Shown one piece after another: positions 1-8,932 of a stretch of 64,000 nt of DNA (the stretch's first letter is position 1; each line of letters starts with the position of its first letter). The DNA lies in the IMG/VR virus record IMGVR_UViG_3300025732_000017; one strand, 5' to 3'. Source of the stretch: a virus. The notes below the pieces were generated by a model. That model searched no databases and was not told where the DNA came from. It saw only the letters and a list, made by a program, of their open reading frames with translations. The translations under genes and the position numbers were made by a program.

Positions 1-15
1 CATCACAAATAAGCC

Positions 16-44
16 TTGATTTTCCCAATACACCAATATATAAT
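16..44 (+). promoter_or_regulatory. sigma70-type promoter
   Basis: TTGATT(16-21)-17bp-TATAAT(39-44); AGGAG RBS before ATG 73. Confidence 0.8.
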
Positions 45-72
45 GTAGATACAATCAAATTAGGAGATTGAA

Positions 73-432
73 ATGAAGACTTTTACTCGTATGGCTGCTC
101 AGGGCGATTTCGTGATCTTCCGCATCAATGAGATGCCGAAGAATGTGGAGCGCATCGAGATCAAGAACAACCATCTCACGGTTGCTCACTCTGAGACTGG
201 ACATAATCATGTCGCTGTCCTGAAGCGTCCAGAGTCCGTTGAAGCGTTCAAGGAGACTGGCACCAAGGATGTGGATCTGTACAAGATGTTCCTTCTTGTG
301 AAGGATCCGACTCCGATTGAACATCTTCGGCCACACGACACACATGAAACTCTGCTTGTTGCTCCGGGCAAGTATGAGATCCGCAGGCAGCGTGAGTACA
401 CCCCGGAGGGTTTCCGTCGCGCTCAGGACTAA
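73..432 (+). CDS. Conserved small beta-rich protein, usual partner of DUF6745 proteins
   Basis: QGD...HSETGHNH...HDTHETL..PGKYEIRRQREY..RRAQD motif pattern; RBS and promoter. Confidence 0.7.
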   Translation: MKTFTRMAAQGDFVIFRINEMPKNVERIEIKNNHLTVAHSETGHNHVAVLKRPESVEAFKETGTKDVDLYKMFLLVKDPTPIEHLRPHDTHETLLVAPGKYEIRRQREYTPEGFRRAQD

Positions 433-446
433 GCTGAGACAAACAG

Positions 447-478
447 AAAAGACGGCGCCACAAACGCCGTCTTTTTTT
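447..478 (+). terminator. Intrinsic terminator
   Basis: aaaagacggcg/cgccgtctttt stem followed by T-run. Confidence 0.85.
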
Positions 479-491
479 ATTGGTGGTATTC

Positions 492-1013
492 ATGAAGCCA
501 ATGAATGATATTATAGCGGCGCCGCGCAGCTGCGAGTGGATGTATCGGCGTGCATATCGTGCCATTTTATGGGACTTGTTTCTGGTGGACTATGTAAAGA
601 CCAGAATAATGTTAGATGTGGAACATGAGGATCTAAACCATGAAGTATAGAGTTTATACCAACGTTATTCATTCCATGTATGCTCGTCTGGATGATCAAA
701 TTGTTTCGGGATGCAGGCCTGGATTATTTGACGAGGCTGGATTGACCGTTGATATGGTAACGGTAATTGAAAAGGTACGCAGACCAGTTCTGGCCCAGAT
801 ATATTCGCAAATTGAACGCCCTGACATTTCCAATCAATCGGAAGATCAGTCATGAACGAGTCATTTGATGAAGTCTGGCAACAAGCCCGAAATCAAGTCT
901 GGAATCGTGTCATGAAACGAGTCAATGATGAGGTCTGGGGCAAAGTCTTCTGGGATGAAGTCTCGGATCAAGTCGAGGATCAAGTCTTGGATCAAGTTGA
1001 GGATCAGACATGA
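492..1013 (+). repeat. QVW mini-ORF array A: ORFs 492-650, 640-855, 852-1013
   Basis: Hand-translated; 852-1013 = MNESFDEVWQQARNQVWNRV...DQVEDQVLDQVEDQT; overlapping start/stop junctions; 492-650 only loosely related. Confidence 0.6.
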
Positions 1014-1022
1014 AATTCACCC

Positions 1023-1051
1023 TTGACATTCCCAATCTATAATTGTATCAT
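1023..1051 (+). promoter_or_regulatory. sigma70-type promoter
   Basis: TTGACA-17bp-TATCAT. Confidence 0.8.
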
Positions 1052-1082
1052 TACCTCATAGTCATCAAAGGAGATAATCGTA

Positions 1083-1955
1083 ATGGCTAAGACGAAGAAG
1101 AAGCTGGATAAGCTGACGCAGGCTCAGATTGATGCGATGCCCAAGTATGTTGAGAAGTGGGTCGCGATCGGTCTTTCCACTGAGCGTGTGGATTTTGAGA
1201 AGGTCAAGCCGCTTGTGGCCAAGTGCTACGAGAAGGCTGGATACAAGGTTCCAAACTTCCACTTTGCACAGGGTCCTGACGAGGGCTATGAGACGTATCT
1301 GGCTCTCGGTGGCAAGCCTGGGCGTTCCGAGTATACCTCGGGCTGCATGTTTGGTTCGATGGAAGCATCTTGGCTTTCCTACTACGACTACTACAAGAAC
1401 GAGACGGACATCGAGATTGACAACATTGACCACATGAAGGAGCTGGTCATGTCGTCTGGTTGGGTCTATCTCGGCGACACCGATGCGATTATCCATGATC
1501 GCCCGACGATCATTGCCCGCGACGAGCAGGGTCGTCTGCACTCGGAGACTGGTCCCGCTATTCAGTATGGTGATGGCTGGGAGCGTTTCTACTGGCACGG
1601 TAACTGCATTCCGCGCGAGTGGATCATGGAGCGTGAGAAGCTGACTGCGGAGATCGCCATCGGTCAGCAGAACGTCGAGCTGCGTCGTTGCGCGTGTGAG
1701 ATCCTTGGTTGGGCAAAGATCCTTGATAGTCTCAAGGCAACTGTGCTTGACGAGGACGAGGATCCGATGATCGGGACTCTGCTTGAGGTTGAGATTCCTG
1801 AGATTGGCAAGGAGAAGTTTCTGAAGGTTCTGTGTGGCACTGGTCGCACGTTTGCAATTCCGGTTCCTCCGGATGTGAATACTGCGCTTGAGGCCAATTC
1901 GTGGACGTATGGAATGGATCCGAAGATGCTGCGGGATCTTGAAGTTCGCACCTGA
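1083..1955 (+). CDS. DUF6745-type protein
   Basis: KWVAIGLST..., ASWLSYYDY, GRLHSETGPAIQYGDGW..YWHG, NVELRR, CGTGRTFAIPVPP..TALEA.SWTYG motifs. Confidence 0.75.
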   Translation: MAKTKKKLDKLTQAQIDAMPKYVEKWVAIGLSTERVDFEKVKPLVAKCYEKAGYKVPNFHFAQGPDEGYETYLALGGKPGRSEYTSGCMFGSMEASWLSYYDYYKNETDIEIDNIDHMKELVMSSGWVYLGDTDAIIHDRPTIIARDEQGRLHSETGPAIQYGDGWERFYWHGNCIPREWIMEREKLTAEIAIGQQNVELRRCACEILGWAKILDSLKATVLDEDEDPMIGTLLEVEIPEIGKEKFLKVLCGTGRTFAIPVPPDVNTALEANSWTYGMDPKMLRDLEVRT

Positions 1956-1959
1956 GAAA

Positions 1960-1996
1960 AGGAACGCGGTTTAGAGAAATCTGGGCCGCGTTTTAC
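1960..1996 (+). terminator. Intrinsic terminator
   Basis: aacgcgg...ccgcgtt stem with T-run. Confidence 0.65.
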
Positions 1997-1998
1997 TT

Positions 1999-2584
1999 AT
2001 GAACATAGATGACAAGTTAGGAATCAAGTCAGAAATCCACAATGAATATCGATGATCAAGTCTGTGATCAAGTCTGTGATCAAGTCTGGAATCATGCTTG
2101 GCACGGTCAAGTCTGGGATCAAGTCGAGAATCAAGTCTGGATTCAAGTCTCGAATCAAGTCTGGAATCAAGTCAAGAGTCAAGTCTTGAATCAAGTCAGG
2201 AATCAAGTCAGGAATCCACAATGAACATTGATGACCAAGTAACAAATCATGTTAGCGATAGATGCCATATTGGATCCTCCGAAGAAATTTTCAAGCAAGT
2301 CTGCTGGGATTCATACTGTATGGTCTGGAGTAAAGTTAGAATTGAAGTCGGCAATCAAGTCCAAATTCTGGATTTAGTCTATCGTTGGATTCACAATGAA
2401 CATAGATGATACTGTAATAGGTTTGATTCGCAACGATCCAAACTTTACATTCCATAAAGAATGTGATAATACAAATCAGACCGTCCTATGGGAATTTGAT
2501 AGTCAGATATGGCGTAGAATATACATTGATGTTCTGCATGTAATAATGAATGATGCAGATTTTCCAGAATTCCGCGATACATGA
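1999..2584 (+). repeat. QVW mini-ORF array B: relic at 1999, ORFs 2042-2224, 2221-2409, 2396-2584
   Basis: All begin MNIDD; 12-bp units (g/a)atcaagtcNNN; later copies progressively diverged. Confidence 0.75.
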
Positions 2585-2970
2585 AAAAGAAAGATCTTGT
2601 CATAATTGCTTGTGGCGGTCGCGATTATACAGACTCAGACTTTGTTAGTGCCACACTTTCCAAACTATCACGATTGACCACTATCATCGTCGGCGGTGCG
2701 CGTGGTGCTGATACCCTTGCAGAATATTGGGCAAATCAACAGAATTGGAAAAATAAACGACAGATAACAATCCAGAGAATTGATGCTGATTGGAAGACGC
2801 ATGGCAAAAAGGCTGGTTATATTCGCAATTCAGAAATGCTAAAGGAATTATTGAAGCATCGTGATAAGGGGAAAGATGTAGGTGTTGTTGCGTTTCCGGG
2901 TGGAACTGGAACCGAAATGATGATCAAACTTGCCAAGAAATCCGATGTGGGTGTATGGCAACCAAAGTAG
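2581..2970 (+). CDS. SLOG/YspA-like (DUF2493) protein
   Basis: IACGGRDY, GGARGAD, AGYIRNSEM, FPGGTGT motifs. Confidence 0.8.
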   Translation: MKKKDLVIIACGGRDYTDSDFVSATLSKLSRLTTIIVGGARGADTLAEYWANQQNWKNKRQITIQRIDADWKTHGKKAGYIRNSEMLKELLKHRDKGKDVGVVAFPGGTGTEMMIKLAKKSDVGVWQPK

Positions 2971-3024
2971 ACCCTTGACAATAGATTGCTGATCATCTAT
3001 GATGGGTTCATGAAAGGAAATGGC

Positions 3025-3417
3025 ATGATTCCCAAGATTGGTCAAGAAGTGACTGTGCGTGTTCGCAATTCATTGGCAACGCATCGGCATCTGTATGCTG
3101 CTGGTGTTGTCACCGAGTTTGAGACATTCACTGGTAAGGTCTGTGCTCCTGAAAAGTGGCAAGATCCCAAGCGAACGCTGAATCTTACTACAGGCATTCG
3201 GTCTTTTCCCATTCGCTCCCTCTCTCTGGATAATGTTGTCTCCATTGATGGCAAGCGACATGAAGCCAAGAAAACTGACATGACCACAAAGACCTGGACT
3301 GTGCCTGGTTCCAAGGGCAATGTGTATACGATCACCGAGGTCAATGGTCAGCGTTCATGCACCTGTGTCGGATATTCGTTCCGTCGCACCTGTAAGCACG
3401 TTATTGGAGGAAAGTAA
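3025..3417 (+). CDS. Protein with C-terminal SWIM zinc finger
   Basis: CTCVGYSFRRTCKH; start moved to 3025, downstream of promoter TTGACA(2975)-17-TATGAT. Confidence 0.7.
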   Translation: MIPKIGQEVTVRVRNSLATHRHLYAAGVVTEFETFTGKVCAPEKWQDPKRTLNLTTGIRSFPIRSLSLDNVVSIDGKRHEAKKTDMTTKTWTVPGSKGNVYTITEVNGQRSCTCVGYSFRRTCKHVIGGK

Positions 3418-3584
3418 TGTATCGCTACATTATCACGTTTGAGAAGGATGGTTATCAGCATCGTGAGTTGGCATTTGCCAGCACTGCTTTTGTTTTGGGT
3501 GAGATGCTGGCGAATGGACTATTGTCTGCGTGGAATGCGACTGTGGATGATATTCTATTTATTGAGGAGACTCCCGTATCTTGA
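3417..3584 (+). CDS. Hypothetical protein, 55 aa
   Basis: Hand-translated ORF overlapping upstream stop. Confidence 0.5.
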   Translation: MYRYIITFEKDGYQHRELAFASTAFVLGEMLANGLLSAWNATVDDILFIEETPVS

Positions 3585-3700
3585 ACATATACGATCCTAC
3601 CTAGATTCCGTACATTGCATTGCAGGTATGAGTGACTGCGTTACCATGGAAGTCAGATTTCCTCCTTGACAATTCCAGAGACACCTGTCATAGTGTGTCC

Positions 3701-3838
3701 ATGATCAAGATGAAATCCAAGACGCGCCCTGCGCGCCGTCATCCGATCTTCGCGGATCTGATGACACCTAAATACCGAAAGCGAATTGTGCCTTCCAAGA
3801 AGGTCTATTCGCGCAAGCGCCAGAAGATGGAGAACTGA
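3701..3838 (+). CDS. Small basic protein, ArfA-like
   Basis: HPIFADLMTPKYRKRIVPSKKVYSRKR resembles the ArfA core; ATG lies near the predicted +1 (possibly leaderless). Confidence 0.5.
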   Translation: MIKMKSKTRPARRHPIFADLMTPKYRKRIVPSKKVYSRKRQKMEN

Positions 3839-4005
3839 TGAAGAACTATGATTCCAAATTTCTGTGTGTCGGTGTCGGTGGACGCTATTGCGTCTGCTGC
3901 TTTGACCCACCTGGATCCAAGGCACGCCGACTGGAATACCGTCGTGCCAAGCGCGCCGCCAAGCGCGAGGCCATGAAGGTCGAGGAAATGAACCTCGAGG
4001 ACTAA
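3838..4005 (+). CDS. Hypothetical basic protein, 55 aa
   Basis: Hand-translated; stop codon is the TAA of the repeat at 4003. Confidence 0.6.
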   Translation: MKNYDSKFLCVGVGGRYCVCCFDPPGSKARRLEYRRAKRAAKREAMKVEEMNLED

Positions 4006-4087
4006 GTCCTTGATCCTACTGGGCAATTTTAGCCCTTGACAATTCCCTAAGGATGTGTCATAGTGTGTTCATAATCAAACTGACCAC

Positions 4088-4429
4088 ATGATGAAGGAGA
4101 CAAAGATGCAGGACTGGAAAATGCCCACCGAGATGCCCGCCCACGACATGGACATTGCGCTGACGATGTTCGCCGATCACCTGATCGGCATCGCGCCGTA
4201 CAGCAAGCCCAATGTCACCTTTGAGCGTGGATCCAAGTTCATGCGCGTGGTGAAGTCGGATGGTTCTTCGCGATCCGCCTATGCGTTCATCGTCATGTTT
4301 GACCATGATCGGTGGATGGTTGGTGACATTCTGAAGCCCGCGTCGTGGAAGGCGCCTGCCAAGAACTTCAGTCGCGGTAATGTGCTGAATCCGAAGTCCT
4401 ATCAGAACTTCAGCTACTACGGCCTGTGA
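4088..4429 (+). CDS. Conserved phage protein, paralog of 17193-17537
   Basis: FERGSKFMRVV...SAYAFI...GDILKPASWKAPAKN..RGNV. Confidence 0.75.
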   Translation: MMKETKMQDWKMPTEMPAHDMDIALTMFADHLIGIAPYSKPNVTFERGSKFMRVVKSDGSSRSAYAFIVMFDHDRWMVGDILKPASWKAPAKNFSRGNVLNPKSYQNFSYYGL

Positions 4430-4440
4430 GGAGATAAATC

Positions 4441-4692
4441 ATGTCCAACTTTGATCTGTCGCTGTTTGTCTGGAACAAGGACAGAAAGAGCCTGGTGATG
4501 AATAATTTCACCCATGCCTTTCCACAGGAGTTTATGGTGCGTTCGCATCACACTGGCAAGGAAGTGCGGTTTTGCCGTGTGGAGCACTTTGACGTTCTAT
4601 ATGACCAGGATCAATGGGATGGTGAGCAGATGGTGTATCGCCCGGTTGGCACAGTTGCCAATGTGGAATATGCTGCACTCTGTCGCGGATGA
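4441..4692 (+). CDS. Hypothetical protein
   Basis: ORF with GAGGAG RBS. Confidence 0.6.
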   Translation: MSNFDLSLFVWNKDRKSLVMNNFTHAFPQEFMVRSHHTGKEVRFCRVEHFDVLYDQDQWDGEQMVYRPVGTVANVEYAALCRG

Positions 4693-4697
4693 GGATC

Positions 4698-4886
4698 ATG
4701 TCCATCTATTACCGAATTGAGGAAACTGTTGGCGCACACTACATCGTGTGGAATAATATGTTCACAACGATGGAAAGTGCTGTGGAGTATATTGATCAGC
4801 ACTCAGAAAATCTGAGGGATCGTCTTCACGTGGCTGCATATGATTCCAATGGTTGGTCGCCTGTTCGAATGGGAGTTGTTTACTAA
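4698..4886 (+). CDS. Hypothetical protein
   Basis: ORF with GAGGA RBS. Confidence 0.55.
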   Translation: MSIYYRIEETVGAHYIVWNNMFTTMESAVEYIDQHSENLRDRLHVAAYDSNGWSPVRMGVVY

Positions 4887-4949
4887 TGACCCTTGACAAA
4901 GGGTTGGGCACCTGTCATAGTGTAGAAGATGAATCGCAAGGAGTTGGAA

Positions 4950-5276
4950 ATGTCGCATACCGGTTTCACCGTTGAGGTTTACATCCGCGATGCCAGGATT
5001 CGTGGCAAGATGACTCGTGGACGCATTGACTGGCTTTCCAAGAACTTCCTTGGTTTTCGTTTCCTTGAGGCCATGGATTTTCAGGTTGCTTCCGAGAAGG
5101 AAGCTGAGCAGCTGGCCAAGCAGGCGCACAAGCATCGTGGGCTTGACAAGCTGCACTTCAAGGTGCATCAGATCTATGTGACGCGCCAGAATGCGATGAC
5201 GGGCAAAGATTACCAGGAGAGGTATGACACGCCGACCTGGTGCTCGCCTTCGTCGGAGTCATACTGGTCCATGTGA
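4950..5276 (+). CDS. Conserved phage hypothetical protein
   Basis: AAGGAG RBS; C-terminal DTP..CSPSSESYWSM motif. Confidence 0.65.
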   Translation: MSHTGFTVEVYIRDARIRGKMTRGRIDWLSKNFLGFRFLEAMDFQVASEKEAEQLAKQAHKHRGLDKLHFKVHQIYVTRQNAMTGKDYQERYDTPTWCSPSSESYWSM

Positions 5277-5284
5277 GGAATCCA

Positions 5285-5479
5285 ATGTCTAATATGTCAT
5301 ACTGTCGTTTCCAGAACACAGAGAAGGATCTGCGAGATTGTCTGAATGCAATGCGTAAAGCATCCAGCATTTTTGACATGGATCTATCGAATGATGAATA
5401 TGAGGCATTCCAGGAAATGACCTCGCTTATTTTACACTTTAGCATTGAAGCTGATAGGCTTCAGAAGGATGATGTATGA
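5285..5479 (+). CDS. Conserved phage hypothetical protein
   Basis: MSNMSYCRFQNT..DL.DC N-terminus; RBS. Confidence 0.65.
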   Translation: MSNMSYCRFQNTEKDLRDCLNAMRKASSIFDMDLSNDEYEAFQEMTSLILHFSIEADRLQKDDV

Positions 5480-5844
5480 TGGCCAATCCAATCTTGGATA
5501 AGATATCCAAGCTGAATGCGGAGATTGAACAGCTTCGCGCAGAGAATAGTCATCTGCGCCGTGTGGGCATGGATAGGCCTTCTGCCGAACTACATGAGGC
5601 GGCGATGGCGGAACTGCGCGCCGAAAACGAGCGCCTCCGCTCTGAGGTGGAGGAACAGGCGCGCCTGCTGGGCATGGGCAGCGAGCGCGAAGCGAGGTTG
5701 CGCGCTCGCGTCGAGGTGCTGAGCGCAGCAATTGTTCTTATGGCGTCGCTGGCACCGAAAATGACAATCGACACCAGCGACCCACAAGGCGTGGCGCGGG
5801 ATTTCGTGGAAATTGCGCGCGCCACTCTGGAGGCCAAGCCATGA
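5476..5844 (+). CDS. Coiled-coil hypothetical protein
   Basis: LRAEN heptads; ATGA coupling. Confidence 0.6.
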   Translation: MMANPILDKISKLNAEIEQLRAENSHLRRVGMDRPSAELHEAAMAELRAENERLRSEVEEQARLLGMGSEREARLRARVEVLSAAIVLMASLAPKMTIDTSDPQGVARDFVEIARATLEAKP

Positions 5845-6125
5845 CCAAGCAATATGAATCCAGTTCCAGTTATGCACAACTGAATGCCGATATTACCGCA
5901 GTAAAGAAAGACAAAATCATCGCAGATCTTATAGCTGAAAACACCGATCTTCGTACCCGCGGTACGATATTAGAAGAGGCAGTTCGGTTTTACGCGGACG
6001 TTCACACATGGAAGTCTGCATCGGTCTTCATGTGTGGCCATGACGGAAACTCTAGGGCTACGATTGATCGCGGAGAAAAGGCTCGCGGAGCCCTAAGATC
6101 CTTGGGAAAGCCTTCGGCAAAATAA
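5841..6125 (+). CDS. Hypothetical protein
   Basis: ATGA-coupled ORF. Confidence 0.55.
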   Translation: MTKQYESSSSYAQLNADITAVKKDKIIADLIAENTDLRTRGTILEEAVRFYADVHTWKSASVFMCGHDGNSRATIDRGEKARGALRSLGKPSAK

Positions 6126-6187
6126 GCCCTTGACATTGCCCAAGACCTAGTCTATACTGTGTTCATAGATCAACAAGGAGAACCCAA

Positions 6188-6634
6188 ATGGCGTTCATGA
6201 ACCAGACGATCAAGTCCGAGCTGCTTCCCGGTATCAAGGCCGTGCTCCGCAAGTATGGCCTCAAGGGTACCGTCTCCGTTGGAAACCACACCGCGCTTTC
6301 CGTCACGATCCGCGAAGGCAAGCTGGATTTCATCGGTGACGCCATCTCCGTGCTGCGCTCGCCACAGAATGCCAATATCCCCTTCCTGTCGGATTCTATC
6401 GCATCCCTCCTGAAGGAACAGTCGCTGGATGTCAATACGTACCACATCCGTTCCAACCACTCCGGCATCTGCCAAAAGGCTCTGCTGGAGCTGCACCAGG
6501 CCATGAACGATGGTAATTGGGACAAGTCCGACCCACAGACCGACTATTTCAACGTGGGCTGGTATACCTACATCAATATCGGAAAGTGGCGCAAGCCCTA
6601 CCGCTGCACCGCTCAGATGCCAAAGGTGGCATAA
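6188..6634 (+). CDS. Conserved phage protein, paralog of 10560-11021
   Basis: MAFM.Q..K..L.PGIKAVLRKYGLKG...DPQTDYFNVGWY in both. Confidence 0.8.
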   Translation: MAFMNQTIKSELLPGIKAVLRKYGLKGTVSVGNHTALSVTIREGKLDFIGDAISVLRSPQNANIPFLSDSIASLLKEQSLDVNTYHIRSNHSGICQKALLELHQAMNDGNWDKSDPQTDYFNVGWYTYINIGKWRKPYRCTAQMPKVA

Positions 6635-6637
6635 ACG

Positions 6638-6781
6638 ATGACTGAAACGTTCGGCGCCTTTCTAATGATCGTGACCTATCTTATCGGATTGGTCACGGGT
6701 TATATCATATGGGCGCCTATGTCCAATTTCAAAAGAGGATTCGTGGACGGAATCACCCTCAGATTTATTTGGAAACGATGA
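6638..6781 (+). CDS. Small membrane protein, 47 aa
   Basis: Hand-translated; hydrophobic N-terminal helix. Confidence 0.5.
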   Translation: MTETFGAFLMIVTYLIGLVTGYIIWAPMSNFKRGFVDGITLRFIWKR

Positions 6782-6846
6782 AAATCCGTCCTTGACATTG
6801 CCCAAGATCTAGTCTATACTGGATTCATACTTAGGGAGATCCTATC

Positions 6847-7341
6847 GTGTTCCAGGTTTTCGTCGGCTCCAAAAGCCAAGCCCGCAACCTCGTCCGCATC
6901 CATAATGCGACGCATTGGATCTCCCTGCTCGACCACGACGATACCCATCCACAGATGGATCGTCAGGATCATGTGCTCCGCCTCCTGCTGAATTGCGACG
7001 ATCAGCTAAAGGTCACGGATCCACACGCACCAACCCGCAACCAAGTCCAGCAGATCCTGGATTTCACCCGCAACCTCACCGATGCAACCATCGTCGTGAA
7101 CTGCTTTGCTGGTGTGGCCAGATCTACCGCGGCTGCGCTGGCCATTCTCGTCCAGCACCATGGATCCATAGATCACGCTATAAACCTGCTCCGCGCAGAT
7201 CGCCCCCAGGCCATGCCAAATCCAGTCATCAGCCAGTTCGCTGACGATATTCTAGGCCTCGATGGAAAGCTTTTCGCAGCCTCCGAGAAGGTGGCACAGA
7301 GCCGTGTTCTGGAGATAATTGACGATATGGACAATTCGTGA
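6847..7341 (+). CDS. Protein tyrosine/dual-specificity phosphatase-like protein
   Basis: CX5R loop NCFAGVARSTAAA; own promoter and RBS. Confidence 0.8.
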   Translation: MFQVFVGSKSQARNLVRIHNATHWISLLDHDDTHPQMDRQDHVLRLLLNCDDQLKVTDPHAPTRNQVQQILDFTRNLTDATIVVNCFAGVARSTAAALAILVQHHGSIDHAINLLRADRPQAMPNPVISQFADDILGLDGKLFAASEKVAQSRVLEIIDDMDNS

Positions 7342-7351
7342 GAAACCCACA

Positions 7352-7668
7352 ATGAACATCGATGACCAAGTCTGGAATCAAGTCTGGAATCAAATCTATG
7401 ATCAACTCTTGAATCAAGTCAGGAATCAAGTCTATGATCAAGTCGAGGATCAAGTCAGGAATCAAGTCAGGAATCAAGTCTGGACTCAAGCCAGGAATCC
7501 ACAATGAACATCGATGACCAAGTCTACAATCAAGTCTGGGATCAAGTCTGGGATCAAGTCTGGAATCAAGTCTGGCTTCAAGTCTCGATTCGAGCCTGGG
7601 ACCAGGTTCGGAATCAATATCTTCAAGATGCCAATTCCAGGGCGCCAGAGAACACGGACTCCGCCTAA
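7352..7668 (+). repeat. QVW mini-ORF array C: ORFs 7352-7507 and 7504-7668
   Basis: MNIDDQVWNQVWNQ... and MNIDDQVYNQVWDQVWDQ...; ATGA coupling. Confidence 0.75.
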
Positions 7669-7752
7669 GTCATTGATTCGACTCGGTAATTTCGAGGCTT
7701 GACAAGGCACAGTTTTTGCCCTACACTCAGTCCATAAAACCAAAACAAGGAA

Positions 7753-8022
7753 ATGGCAATGTTTATCTATGAAGTCACTAGATCCACGTGGGGTAGTTCT
7801 GGTAACGACGATCAGCCATTTGGCCTCTATGAATCCAAGGATATAGCTGATAAGCTGGCTAAGTCTCTTATGGAGGTTGATTTTCCTGTTACGGTTACCA
7901 TTACACAGCATGAAGTCTTTAGTGAGCCTAAGGTAAACGGAGAATGGAGCGGCAGAAAGAAGTGGCGATATGAAAACGAACACTGGATTCGCTGGGATAA
8001 ATTCTATGGTCACCGAGAATAA
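7753..8022 (+). CDS. Hypothetical protein
   Basis: Cassette ORF; stop is the TAA of the next repeat. Confidence 0.65.
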   Translation: MAMFIYEVTRSTWGSSGNDDQPFGLYESKDIADKLAKSLMEVDFPVTVTITQHEVFSEPKVNGEWSGRKKWRYENEHWIRWDKFYGHRE

Positions 8023-8105
8023 TCCATTGATTCGACTGGGTAATTCTTGCCCTTGACAAAAGGCCCGATCTAGGTTATTCTGTGACTCTGAGAAAGGAGA
8101 TGGTC

Positions 8106-8480
8106 ATGAATCTGAAGGTTCGGCAGCTGGAAACCGCATTGCTCTTTGACAGGCCGACGCCTGTTCCTGAGGGCTTTCGTCTGATCGGCCGAGATGGCTT
8201 TTATTGTCGCGGTGAAGAGGTCTGGTGGGAATACAAGGGCAAGGGCTATCTCTATGGCCAAAGCCTGAATTGCCGCGAGGATTTTGAGTACAGGCTGCGA
8301 GTGAATGATGAGGCCATCCTCATCCCACGCGAGGTGGCGGCCATGAAGACTATTCTGAAGACGACGCGGGATGCCAATGTTCGCAAGGCATTGTCGGCGC
8401 GCCTTCGCCTTCATGAGGAGGCCTATGAACTGCGCCGTATCCGTCGTGGTGTTCGTCGTGTCATGGGACCCGTTGATTGA
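8106..8480 (+). CDS. Hypothetical protein
   Basis: Cassette ORF with AAGGAG RBS. Confidence 0.65.
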   Translation: MNLKVRQLETALLFDRPTPVPEGFRLIGRDGFYCRGEEVWWEYKGKGYLYGQSLNCREDFEYRLRVNDEAILIPREVAAMKTILKTTRDANVRKALSARLRLHEEAYELRRIRRGVRRVMGPVD

Positions 8481-8601
8481 TGGCTAATTCCAGCCCTGAA
8501 GATGCCAATAATCCAGGAAAGATGCCAATTTCGTAACGTATGACGCAAAAGATGCCAATTCCAGGGCGTCAGAGAACACACAGAGACACAGGGAAACGAT
8601 A

Positions 8602-8857
8602 TATGCGCTATACAAAAGCTGACATTCCGCGGCGACCAGGTCGCAATTGGCACAAACGACGCATCATCGGCGGCATATGGATGGCAGAACAGCGATGGTA
8701 CCAAACGCCTGCGCTGCGCACCAGAGAGCGAATGGAGGACCTACAGCACCTCGCCGGACAGCCCAGGCGACGCCAGATGCCAAGGATCCTGCTATCGACG
8801 CTGCTCTGGCACGCCGCCGAGAACCGAAAAAGCCGCCTGAGGCGCCTAAGCCATTGA
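8602..8857 (+). CDS. Arg-rich hypothetical protein (start uncertain)
   Basis: Part of ORF 8540-8857; weak RBS. Confidence 0.3.
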
Positions 8858-8932
8858 TTCCATTAGGTAATTCCAGCCCTTGACAAGGCGCCTGATCTAG
8901 CATATTCTGTGACTCTGATTGCGGAGGTATCA

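Noticed and set aside
3684-4921. Pho boxes (CTGTCAT)
   Set aside because: Single half-sites that form part of an extended -10 (TGTCATAGT); no 11-bp tandem repeat
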